Shown here in pieces: positions 1-8,496 of a stretch of DNA of 32,313 nt (its first letter is position 1; each line of letters begins with the position of its first letter). The stretch is from an uncultured Candidatus Saccharibacteria bacterium (lineage in GTDB: Bacteria; Patescibacteriota; Saccharimonadia; Saccharimonadales; Saccharimonadaceae). The DNA lies in NCBI GenBank assembly GCA_964594565.1, contig CAZQMP010000002.1:1436-33748 (forward strand), written 5' to 3'. Both the position numbers and the translations under genes were made by a program. Under the pieces are notes generated by a model, which was given only the letters and a program-made list of their open reading frames with translations, did no database searches and was not told the origin of the DNA.

Positions 1-2
1 TT

Positions 3-1406
3 TGTAAAAGCAGCGTTAACAATTGCAAGGGTACCCTGTGCATCGCTACTATAGGTCATCGCTTTGACAAGGCCCCGCCCACTTCCTATAATCCCTGCAA
101 ATATCTGTGTAATGTCACTGTCTGTACTTTCACTGATTTGAGTCATAACGTTTTCTGGGTTGTTAGCCTGAACGCTTTTATCGTTCGCATTAATTTGCGA
201 ACCGGAAAACAATGCGCCCATACCGGCGGAACTCATAGCCGTCTTTCCGGTATTTTCATCTTTAGTCGTCAGGCGATTATTATATTCGTCCATTGGGCTA
301 TCTTTTCCGTCGCCGGCTTGGACTTTCTGGACGGATTCCATATAACCAGAGACCATGTTAAGTCTTTGGATTCTGGAGTAAGTTGAAATCATAGTTTGGA
401 TACTAATAAAACCATTAACCGCCGCACAGCCTATATCAGTAATGTTGCTTGCCGCATTAACAAACTTTGCTGCGAGCGCCATGGAATTCATACCGCCGTC
501 TGCATCGGTAGTGTCGTGATAAGTAGATTCTGTCTCCGTGCTCCCGTATTCGTGCGTTATGGTTTGTTCGGTTTCCTCACTGCTTCTATTTGTTGTGCCG
601 CCGTCAACATCGAGGTTCGCCGAAGCAATAGAGCGGAATGCTGATGTTACTCCGCTTGCAAAGCTTTTCGCGGCATATTTATACCATCTTGCGCGCGTGT
701 ATCCGTGAACTTCCTCCGCTAGACTTGCCAACTGGTCAAACCAGCCGGAGTTTCCTCCGCGCCAAGTCTTCGAGGCGGTCGTGTAAGCGTTTTTGAACTC
801 GGAGTCTTTAAAGGCTTCAGTTACGTCGATTACGGCGGGGTTCATGAACGAGGCGGCAGTTCCCTCCGGGAGACGAGACATGATGTCGTTTGCGGGTTGG
901 ACACCGGCATTGACGGAAGTCGAGACGATGGTCTGATATTTTCCGTTGCGCTTTTTATAAGTCAAAGTTTTTGTCCCGGCATAAGTTCCGACATAAAAAC
1001 CATTTTCTTCGAGCGAAGAAATTTGGGTCTCGGTTAGACCGATGTTTTGGTCGGACATGGAAAGTTGGAGGTCGAGAAGGTTATCGGAACGAAGAACGGA
1101 AGAAATCCCGTTTGTGTTGAACTCTTCAATCAGACGGTTTACGACGGCGAACGGCATCATCGTCTGAGCGCCAAAAATCAGCGCAGCGCCGCCAATAATC
1201 AAAGCGAGAATCAAAATCACGGGGCCTTTGCCGCCGAGTTTCCCTTTTCCTTTTACTTTCTTTCCGGAAGGTTGGACTCCGGAGACGGAGTTTACGAAAT
1301 TTCCTTCGGCTTCGCGGGCGTCAGAAATTCCACCTTCGGCGCGAGAATTGCTATTCTCGTCGGCGGAAGAGGACTCTGCGTTTCGCAAGACCGATTCACT
1401 AGGCAT
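3..1406 (-). CDS. Large membrane-anchored hypothetical protein, paralogue of the 1292-3955 gene (3'-truncated by the window edge; absent from the ORF track)
   Basis: Manual translation from ATG at 1406 gives MPSESVLRNAESS...KGPVILILALIIGGAALIFGAQTMMPFAVVNRLIEEFNTNGISSVLRSDNLLDLQLS...YTTASKTWRGGNSGWFD...VQAGDGKDSPMDEYNNRLTTKDENTGKTAM. These blocks align with the neighbouring 887-aa protein. The frame is open in all segments I translated, including the window edge. TGtTATAAT lies 6 nt upstream of the ATG. Confidence 0.9.
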   Translation of the reverse strand, partial: MPSESVLRNAESSSADENSNSRAEGGISDAREAEGNFVNSVSGVQPSGKKVKGKGKLGGKGPVILILALIIGGAALIFGAQTMMPFAVVNRLIEEFNTNGISSVLRSDNLLDLQLSMSDQNIGLTETQISSLEENGFYVGTYAGTKTLTYKKRNGKYQTIVSTSVNAGVQPANDIMSRLPEGTAASFMNPAVIDVTEAFKDSEFKNAYTTASKTWRGGNSGWFDQLASLAEEVHGYTRARWYKYAAKSFASGVTSAFRSIASANLDVDGGTTNRSSEETEQTITHEYGSTETESTYHDTTDADGGMNSMALAAKFVNAASNITDIGCAAVNGFISIQTMISTYSRIQRLNMVSGYMESVQKVQAGDGKDSPMDEYNNRLTTKDENTGKTAMSSAGMGALFSGSQINANDKSVQANNPENVMTQISESTDSDITQIFAGIIGSGRGLVKAMTYSSDAQGTLAIVNAAFT

Positions 1407-3955
1407 GATTCCATTATAACATAAGCGAAATCATTTTTGGTGAAGTTTTTACGGGTTTCCGGCTCGTAGGTCGCGATATATTCGAGCGCGTCGATATAGT
1501 CAAGGGTCGCGATTACGTCGTCTTTTGTCATTCCAGAATAACGGGCAAGGATACCTTCATAAGAGTTGTCGAGAGGATTCTCGGCATAATAATTCTCCAA
1601 CATGACCGAGACGGAGGATTTGCCAAAACCGGCGGATTCGAAGAGACGTTCATCTTCAGTATAGCGAGAATAAATCATTACTTCTTCAAGATAAGGATTG
1701 TCAGCGGAGTTTCCGCAAGCTTGGCCGGAAATCCAAGGCATATTATCGGCGGTTTGGATAGCGGAAGTAATCTCGGCAATATCACCGACGAGCGGGATAT
1801 TCGCGATTAAATTCGAAGGGTTCTGGACGAGAATATTCGCAGCTTCAGCGTCAGCAAGCCCAAGCGACGCGACACGCTGGTCGCAAATCAAGATTTTCTT
1901 CCCGAGACGAGAGTTCGGGTTGATGATTTTCTTACCGTTCGAATCGGTTCCGGAGAAGTTTGACGGATCAAGTTCGGCGACTTTGTCTTCGATTTCTGAC
2001 GGAGTCAAATCCATCGTCTCGACATCCGTTACGTAATATGGATTACAGTATGCGTCGCCAATCAAACCAATCGACTCGAGAAGAGGACAGTTTCCAATCG
2101 ACTGTACAAGGTCGGTTTCTGCGATAGCCGAAGCGGACGGAAGTAAGTTTGTTAGTGAGCCGGAGAAGAGATTTCCGAAGGTTTTAACGGCAGAGCCGAG
2201 GGAGCTCGACGTCGCGAACGGAATCAAGCTATAAGCGAGAGAGCCAAGGAAAGTATTGTTCGAAGTTATGTCGAAGGGAGAGCGAGTCTTGCGGTCGAGC
2301 TCGGCTTCTTCGGCGAGGACAGCTTCTTGGGCGCGGCGATAGGCAAGGAACGATTCTTTGGACGCCGGAGAACCACCGCCGGTCTGGAAGTTCCCGCCGA
2401 GATATTTATGCCCCCCAGAGAACATAGCGTTTCCTAGATCCATACCTGTCCATTCTGTTGCGACGTTCATGATGACGTTTTTAGTAACCTGAGCGAGGAT
2501 TTTCGGGATGATGAAGGAGGCAATCGCGCCAACCGTGACGCCAAGCGCAAGTCTCCCGACAACTTTTGCGACGATATGAATCGCAGAAGTAGCTTGGCCA
2601 AGAACCGGGACAAAGTTCAGAATTGTCGTTGCAAAGTTCGCTGCTGCGACACCCATGCGAATGTAGGAACAGGCTTGGAAAGCTTTCGCGGTAAAGCTTA
2701 CATTTCCCGTCAGCGTTCCGAGACTCGACATTAAGCTCTCAAAGTTAGTTGTTTTTACGCTTTCGTCGTCGGGACTAATCGCCGTTCCAGAAAAAAGGCT
2801 TGAAAGTCCAGCAGATTCGATTGCGGTTTTGCCGGTTTCTGGGTCTTTTCTTGTTAAAGCTTCGTTATATTCGTTCATTGGTCCACCGTCGTTCGTTCCG
2901 GCTTGGACAGATTGAACAGCTTCAAAATAGCCAGTCGCGAGGTTTAGGTACTGTAAAGATTGTTGCGCGGACATGACGGTATGGATTGCCGAGGCAATTT
3001 CTACGCCGGCACATCCGGCCGTTGCGGCGACTTTTGCGATTGAGGTGATTTTTGAGTTCAGGACATTACGAACGCCGTCCATGGTTGTCTGGGTCGTAAG
3101 CGAAGTTGAGTCGATTGTTCCGGAAGTTGTTGTCGAGACTTCGTTCCCGTCGGCATCCGTGTCAACGATCGTCCCGTAGCTCGAGACGCCAGAATCGTTT
3201 GTTTTATAGTTCCCGGAGGCAAGTTTTTTCCATGCTTCTTTCGTCCCGGAGTTCAAGACGACCGTCGCCCAGTTCGCATAACGCGTGCGGGAAATCGCTA
3301 GGCGCGCTTCGGTCAAATTGGTCACAGAATCATACCAGCCAGAGCTACCTCCGCGCCAGATTTTTGAGGCGGAAGCGTATTTCTCTTTAAAGACGGCGAG
3401 ATTCATTGCGTCGGCGGTCGAAATCGGGTTATTTACAAGTGAGATTTCTGCATTCCCGAGCGCTCCGGAAATGGCAGAATTAATCGCGGAGGGATTTCCG
3501 CTTTCGATTAAGGATTTCGGAACGACAGCGGTAAATTTTCCGCTCGATTGTTCAAAAACGAGCGCAGTTGCGTGCGTCCCGCCGGAGGTAAAATCGACGG
3601 GATAGATGTTCGACTCTTTGAAGGCGGAACGTTGGGTCTCGGAAAGAGCCAAAGCTGAACCGGCAGAAGAAAGCTGGAGATCGAGGATGTTATCAGAGCG
3701 GAGTGTCGAAGAAATGCCGATTGAGTTGAATTCTTCGCGGAAACGGTTTACGATTGCAAACGGCATCATAGTCTGGGACACAAAAATCAGTCCGCCCGCG
3801 AGAAGAATTAGAAAAAGAATAACGAACAAAGGGCCACGTTTTTTTAGTTTTCCCTTTTTGTTTTTCCCAGAGATTTTTGTCTTTTTGGGGGTTCCAGAGA
3901 CATGAGAAACAAAGCTTTCTTCGCGTTTTCTTGCTTCTTGAATCTCGTCAGACAT
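1292..3955 (-). CDS. Large membrane-anchored hypothetical protein (887 aa)
   Basis: Long ORF with a Lys-rich N-terminus followed by a TM helix (LFVILFLILLAGGLIFV), a central Gly/Ala-rich hydrophobic stretch and a Cys-containing C-terminal region. No family recognised. Confidence 0.9.
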   Translation of the reverse strand: MSDEIQEARKREESFVSHVSGTPKKTKISGKNKKGKLKKRGPLFVILFLILLAGGLIFVSQTMMPFAIVNRFREEFNSIGISSTLRSDNILDLQLSSAGSALALSETQRSAFKESNIYPVDFTSGGTHATALVFEQSSGKFTAVVPKSLIESGNPSAINSAISGALGNAEISLVNNPISTADAMNLAVFKEKYASASKIWRGGSSGWYDSVTNLTEARLAISRTRYANWATVVLNSGTKEAWKKLASGNYKTNDSGVSSYGTIVDTDADGNEVSTTTSGTIDSTSLTTQTTMDGVRNVLNSKITSIAKVAATAGCAGVEIASAIHTVMSAQQSLQYLNLATGYFEAVQSVQAGTNDGGPMNEYNEALTRKDPETGKTAIESAGLSSLFSGTAISPDDESVKTTNFESLMSSLGTLTGNVSFTAKAFQACSYIRMGVAAANFATTILNFVPVLGQATSAIHIVAKVVGRLALGVTVGAIASFIIPKILAQVTKNVIMNVATEWTGMDLGNAMFSGGHKYLGGNFQTGGGSPASKESFLAYRRAQEAVLAEEAELDRKTRSPFDITSNNTFLGSLAYSLIPFATSSSLGSAVKTFGNLFSGSLTNLLPSASAIAETDLVQSIGNCPLLESIGLIGDAYCNPYYVTDVETMDLTPSEIEDKVAELDPSNFSGTDSNGKKIINPNSRLGKKILICDQRVASLGLADAEAANILVQNPSNLIANIPLVGDIAEITSAIQTADNMPWISGQACGNSADNPYLEEVMIYSRYTEDERLFESAGFGKSSVSVMLENYYAENPLDNSYEGILARYSGMTKDDVIATLDYIDALEYIATYEPETRKNFTKNDFAYVIMESCLVNRSCETQSPLPPTRIAILAPKVEFLTPAKPKEIS

Positions 3956-3970
3956 GCTGTCTTTATTATA

Positions 3971-5809
3971 TCATATTTTCCCGGTATTTGGAGCCTTTGG
4001 GACGACAATGGAAGATGTCTGGTTTTCGGAACCTTGACCCGCGCTCAAAAGAGTTCCTCCAGGAATCTCTAAACAGCTATTTGAGCCGCGATAACCGGTG
4101 CTGCTAACAGGAGAAAGACAGATTTTTAGGTCGCGCGAGAAGTCGAGTTCGCCAATTTCGAAAGACTTTTCGCTTGTATAGCCGGCTGGCATCTCGCCAA
4201 TCGTTAAAAGATAGTAAGCTCCGTCAGAATCAAAGAAAATTCTTAAGCTGTCGTCGCTGGTCTGGGAGTAAGATAAGTTAGAAATCGACGATAGGGTGAG
4301 CGGGGCGCGCGATTCAGTCACAACTGAAGCTTCGTGAGCAATAATGTCGTCCCCGGCCGCAGTTACGGCTTCTTCAGAAGAATTTTCGATATCTCCGAGT
4401 GAGAGAATATAGACTTCTCCGCCGGAACGGTCAGCAAGATAGCGATATTCGTCGGCATGCTCGGCGGTCGTAATTGTATAGAGGTTGACCGGGTCAATTG
4501 AGTAGGCAAGTTCGACGATTTCGTCGCGAGAAACGTTTGAGTTTTCTGGGTTCTCGAGGCGAGTGTCGGTCATGAGGACGAGCGATTTGTTTGCTCCGTC
4601 TTGCCAAGAAGTCTGGCGAAGCACGGAAGCGATATCATCTATTGTTGACATAGCCGGAGCGCCATAAGTCGAACTGACGTATTGGAGCTCAGTTCGAATC
4701 ACGTTCATATCTCGGCAATTGCCACCGCAGAGATTGTCGATACGAACGGAATTGTCGGTTTTGTCGACAAAATAGTAGTAAACGGAAACTTTTCCGCCTT
4801 TGCCGTAAGTTTTATAGGCGAGCGAAAGTGCCTCGGATTTAAACCGACGCAATAAATCGGCGCTTGAGGTTGTGTTGTCGATGATAATTGCGAGGTCACG
4901 AGCGGACTCTGGGGTTTCTGGGAGGTTAAAATACATGTTATAGAGGTCAGTGGCGGCTCGCGCATAAGTTCCCTGCTCATCGTAGGAAGCGTGACCATAA
5001 GCAAAGTTCATGAGATCGATATAAGAGCTACAAATCACATCGTGGAACTGACAGTGCGCGCGGAGCTTACCGGAATAACCACTAGGTTGATATGGATGCC
5101 AGCCACCAAGTATGCCTTCTTTCGTCGTACAATCAGGGACGTAAGCGCGGTATTCTGAGAAAGAACTTTTTCCATTGTAGCAGGCGGGCGTCGTGCGATA
5201 ATACAAATCATATTCGCCTTCCGGGAGATAGAGTTTTGGGTCGCCGAACGTAAGCGCAGCAAAAATCTTTTGACCATCAATCATTTGGGTGAGTTGGGAG
5301 ATTAGCTGGGCACCCTGGGAGTACCCCGAAAGTATTACTCTAGTGTTCGGACAACGGAGACGAAGGGCAGTAATATAGTTTGCAGCCTCAAGCGTTCCTT
5401 CGTAAACCGAGTCACCATACGGTCCGGCTTCCCCGCCGCTCACCCAAGCGCCAAAGCTCGTCTCAAATCGCTGCCAAGTCTGAATGCCAACACCCGGAGC
5501 GGGGTAAGTGTGTCCGCCCCATCCGTCTGGTTTTGAACCGAGTTCGTAATAGCTTATGGAGACACCGGAGCCGCTAAAGGCGGAGTTAATGGCAGTCGAA
5601 AACGGAAGAAAATCACGCGCGGAGTTTACTTCGACGCCAGAACCACGAGCGAAAATTATTTTGATATCCGTACACGAAAGATATTCATCGTCACTCGAAG
5701 CAGCTTCCGCAGCAGAATAAACATTCGTAAAGCTACTAAAAACAAAAATCAGGCTTGTTGCAAGAAGCTTTAAATTAGGTTTTCTGAAATTGTATTTATG
5801 TAAACGCAC
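3971..5809 (-). CDS. Secreted cutinase-family serine hydrolase with vWA-like and C-terminal beta-sandwich domains
   Basis: Signal peptide; cutinase motifs IIFARGSG, GYSQGA (nucleophile elbow), FGDP, C..HDVIC, H..Y; vWA-like DLAIIIDNTTS...LVLMTD...YLADRSGG. GTG start with AAGGAGGT SD at 5813-5820. Confidence 0.85.
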   Translation of the reverse strand: MRLHKYNFRKPNLKLLATSLIFVFSSFTNVYSAAEAASSDDEYLSCTDIKIIFARGSGVEVNSARDFLPFSTAINSAFSGSGVSISYYELGSKPDGWGGHTYPAPGVGIQTWQRFETSFGAWVSGGEAGPYGDSVYEGTLEAANYITALRLRCPNTRVILSGYSQGAQLISQLTQMIDGQKIFAALTFGDPKLYLPEGEYDLYYRTTPACYNGKSSFSEYRAYVPDCTTKEGILGGWHPYQPSGYSGKLRAHCQFHDVICSSYIDLMNFAYGHASYDEQGTYARAATDLYNMYFNLPETPESARDLAIIIDNTTSSADLLRRFKSEALSLAYKTYGKGGKVSVYYYFVDKTDNSVRIDNLCGGNCRDMNVIRTELQYVSSTYGAPAMSTIDDIASVLRQTSWQDGANKSLVLMTDTRLENPENSNVSRDEIVELAYSIDPVNLYTITTAEHADEYRYLADRSGGEVYILSLGDIENSSEEAVTAAGDDIIAHEASVVTESRAPLTLSSISNLSYSQTSDDSLRIFFDSDGAYYLLTIGEMPAGYTSEKSFEIGELDFSRDLKICLSPVSSTGYRGSNSCLEIPGGTLLSAGQGSENQTSSIVVPKAPNTGKI

Positions 5810-5830
5810 TAGACCTCCTTAGATTATTTA

Positions 5831-5860
5831 AGCTTAGCGCATGGAAGCTTTTTGAGTCAA
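5831..5860 (-). promoter_or_regulatory. Putative sigma70 promoter for the cutinase gene
   Basis: TTGACT-18 nt-TAAGCT on the minus strand, just upstream of the SD. Confidence 0.45.
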
Positions 5861-5893
5861 GCATAGCCTTTTTTCTAGATTTTTTTCGGAAGT

Positions 5894-5922
5894 TTGCTCC
5901 GCGCTCAAAAGTCTGCTATAAT
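5894..5922 (+). promoter_or_regulatory. Putative sigma70 promoter for the deaminase gene
   Basis: TTGCTC-17 nt-TATAAT with extended TG, followed by an AGGAG SD before ATG 5941. Confidence 0.65.
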
Positions 5923-5940
5923 CGAGGAAAAGGAGATGTA

Positions 5941-6552
5941 ATGGACAACGATAAAAGCTATCGCGGGTTCGATCGACACTTTGAGAACGGACTTTCGAAT
6001 GAAGCGAAGAAGAGCCAGGAGAAGTGGGATAAATATTTCATGGGAATTGCGAACGAAGTCGCAAAAAAATCGAAGGATCCTTCTTCGAAAAACGGGTGTG
6101 TGATTGTCGATGAAAAACATCGTCCGGTTTCTTTTGGGTATAATGGAACAATCCAGGGCGCGGATGAATCAAAAATGACGCTGACGGAGCGCCCGATGAA
6201 ATATTATTTTGCGATTCATTCGGAGATGAACGCCGTTCTCTTCGCGGGGAAAGATTTGACGGGATGCACGCTTTATAACAAAATCGCAACTTGTGAAAAC
6301 TGCCTGAAATATTGTCTCCAAGCCGGGATAAAACGGTTTGTTTATGAAGAACTTCGCGTCCATTCACATAAGTCCGATTCAAAAAGTTCGATGACAACAA
6401 TTGACACGGACGAAGCTGTGATTCGTCTGCTCGCGGCCTGTCCGGACGTCGAAACTCTTAATCTTTCAAACGGAAAAACCTACACAGAAGATATCCTCGC
6501 GCAATACGCTCCGGGAAGCGAAGAGCGTGAGCGATTGCTGAAATGGGTCTAG
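5941..6552 (+). CDS. dCMP deaminase family (ComEB-like) zinc-dependent deaminase
   Basis: WDKYFMGIA..VAKKSKDP...GCVIV...GYNG, HSE (HxE) and TCENC (variant of PCxxC) zinc motifs, QAGIKR. Confidence 0.9.
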   Translation: MDNDKSYRGFDRHFENGLSNEAKKSQEKWDKYFMGIANEVAKKSKDPSSKNGCVIVDEKHRPVSFGYNGTIQGADESKMTLTERPMKYYFAIHSEMNAVLFAGKDLTGCTLYNKIATCENCLKYCLQAGIKRFVYEELRVHSHKSDSKSSMTTIDTDEAVIRLLAACPDVETLNLSNGKTYTEDILAQYAPGSEERERLLKWV

Positions 6553-7260
6553 TTACCAGACAATTTTATCGAGACCGTGAGCAACGAGATAGTCGTTGGT
6601 TTTTGTAAACGGACGTGAGCCGAAAAAGCCGGCGTGTGCGGAAAGTGGCGAAGGGTGCGCCGATTCAAGAATAAGATGTTTCTTAGAATCAATCAAGGAT
6701 TTTTTTGAGCGCGCGTCACGTCCCCAAAGAATGAAGACAAGATGGTCGCGGTTTTTTGAGAGATATTTGATTACATTTTCCGTAAACACTTCCCAACCTT
6801 TTCCGCGATGAGAACCGGCGAGATGTGCCTCGACTGTAAGGACGTTGTTCAAGAGTAAGACACCTTGGTCCGCCCAAGAACTTAGGTCTCCGGATTTGTT
6901 TTTGTGCTTATAATCATCTGGATTAAGGTTTAAGGAAGGATTCAGCGTGAGAAGTTCGGACTTCAAAGTCCCGAGGTCAGAATCGATTTCTTTATAGATG
7001 TTTACGAGGGACGGCGGGATTTTCTCGGAACTCGGGACGGAAAAAGCAAGTCCCATGGCGGCACCGGGAGTGTGATATGGGTCCTGGCCGAGAATGACAA
7101 CTTTGACCTTGTTTAGATCCGTCGAAAAAGCTCGGAAGACTTGCTCACGCTTAGGGAAGATTGTCTTTTTCGCGTAAGCATCCCGCAAAAAAGCAGAAAG
7201 CTCCTGGAAATATTCTTTCTCAAATTCGGATTCAAGAAAAGGTTTCCAGGAGTCATGCAT
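6553..7260 (-). CDS. ung: Uracil-DNA glycosylase (family 1)
   Basis: VVILGQDPYH, GLAFSV, PPSL.NI, QGVLLLN, LWG and HPSPLS motifs. Confidence 0.97.
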   Translation of the reverse strand: MHDSWKPFLESEFEKEYFQELSAFLRDAYAKKTIFPKREQVFRAFSTDLNKVKVVILGQDPYHTPGAAMGLAFSVPSSEKIPPSLVNIYKEIDSDLGTLKSELLTLNPSLNLNPDDYKHKNKSGDLSSWADQGVLLLNNVLTVEAHLAGSHRGKGWEVFTENVIKYLSKNRDHLVFILWGRDARSKKSLIDSKKHLILESAHPSPLSAHAGFFGSRPFTKTNDYLVAHGLDKIVW

Positions 7261-7272
7261 ATATATTATATA

Positions 7273-8469
7273 CTATTTCTTAGGTTTTGCAAGAAGGCGG
7301 TGCACAGAGTATCCAAAGCCGAAGCAGACGGAAATCGCCGAGATGAGACCACCAACAACCGGGACGAGCGAGAGAAGCTCGATCAAAACGATGCCGATTG
7401 AGTATTTTGCGAAAATATGGAGTTTTGGCTTCTTGAAAAGCGACTTTGCGAGCTGGTCACCAACGACGCCGCCAGTTATGCTCGTCGCAAGATAGGCGAA
7501 GACACCCCAGAAAACCATCGCAAGAATTCCGAGCGGAAGACCAATAATCGAGACAAGGACGAAGATTGAGCAAATCGGAATCAAACAAATCAAACCGAGG
7601 CCGAGAGCGAGGTGCTTCCAAGAGCTCTTCCAGTTAAAGGTATCGAGAAGTTTCTTCGCGAATTTCGGGGCAAGAGCGATAAGAATAATTGTTACAAGAA
7701 GACGACCCAAGAGGAAGATAACTTTGTCTTCGATCGTCGTCGCGAAAGAGATTCCGGACGAAGTTGTGCCGGCAAAAGTTTCGGTCGAGCCAGTCGAAAG
7801 GTCTTCGAGGCCAGTGATTTTTGCGTTATCGTTGTATTCGAAGACGCCAGTAATCGATGATTTGCCTTTAATGACGATTTCGTCAAAATCGGCGTGGAAA
7901 TTCCCTTCGATTGTAACGTTTTCGAGAACAAGGCGGTTCCCGCCAACAAAAGCGTTTCCGTAGAGATTTGACTTGATAAGGACGGTGTTGGCGGCGAGAT
8001 AGAGATCACGTCCAACGTATGCATCTTCAGTCAATTCAATCGCGTTCCCAGCAACAAACAAGTCTTCTTCAATTGAACCGGAGACTTTTACGGAATTTCC
8101 GGCAAGCGCGGCATATTCAGTCGAACCAGAAAATTCAACAAGGTTACCAGCGACGAAACTTATTCCTTCGACATTATCCTTCGATTCGACTTGATTTCCG
8201 GCAAGAAAGAAAGAGTGCCTAACTTCACGTTCGCTAACGAGCTCAGCGTCCGCATCGAAATATAAGTTCGCCGTATCGCCAGAGTCTTCAGGATCGACTT
8301 CCTCTTCGCCGGTCCCAGCTACGAGCTCAACACATTTTTCTGTCTCGCTGTTAGTTTCGTCCGATCCGCCACAAGCAAGAGTCGGTTTTTCGATAATTGC
8401 AAGGTTCAAAGTCAAAACCGTTAACACGGCAAGACCAACCTGCGAAAAAAATTTGATTTTGTTAGCCAT
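7273..8469 (-). CDS. Membrane protein with a polymer-forming-cytoskeletal/bactofilin-like beta-repeat ectodomain and a multi-pass C-terminal domain
   Basis: N-terminal signal/anchor, repeated (F/L)xAGNxV....V..D units every ~15 aa, then 4-5 hydrophobic helices (IIGLPLG, LVPVVG). AAGGAG SD upstream. Confidence 0.7.
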   Translation of the reverse strand: MANKIKFFSQVGLAVLTVLTLNLAIIEKPTLACGGSDETNSETEKCVELVAGTGEEEVDPEDSGDTANLYFDADAELVSEREVRHSFFLAGNQVESKDNVEGISFVAGNLVEFSGSTEYAALAGNSVKVSGSIEEDLFVAGNAIELTEDAYVGRDLYLAANTVLIKSNLYGNAFVGGNRLVLENVTIEGNFHADFDEIVIKGKSSITGVFEYNDNAKITGLEDLSTGSTETFAGTTSSGISFATTIEDKVIFLLGRLLVTIILIALAPKFAKKLLDTFNWKSSWKHLALGLGLICLIPICSIFVLVSIIGLPLGILAMVFWGVFAYLATSITGGVVGDQLAKSLFKKPKLHIFAKYSIGIVLIELLSLVPVVGGLISAISVCFGFGYSVHRLLAKPKK

Positions 8470-8496
8470 AATACTCCTTACGCTTATAATTCTACA

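Noticed and set aside
138-1424. Plus-strand ORFs (82, 82, 125 and 63 aa)
   Set aside because: Antisense shadows of the real minus-strand gene starting at 1406, which has clear paralogy to its neighbour.
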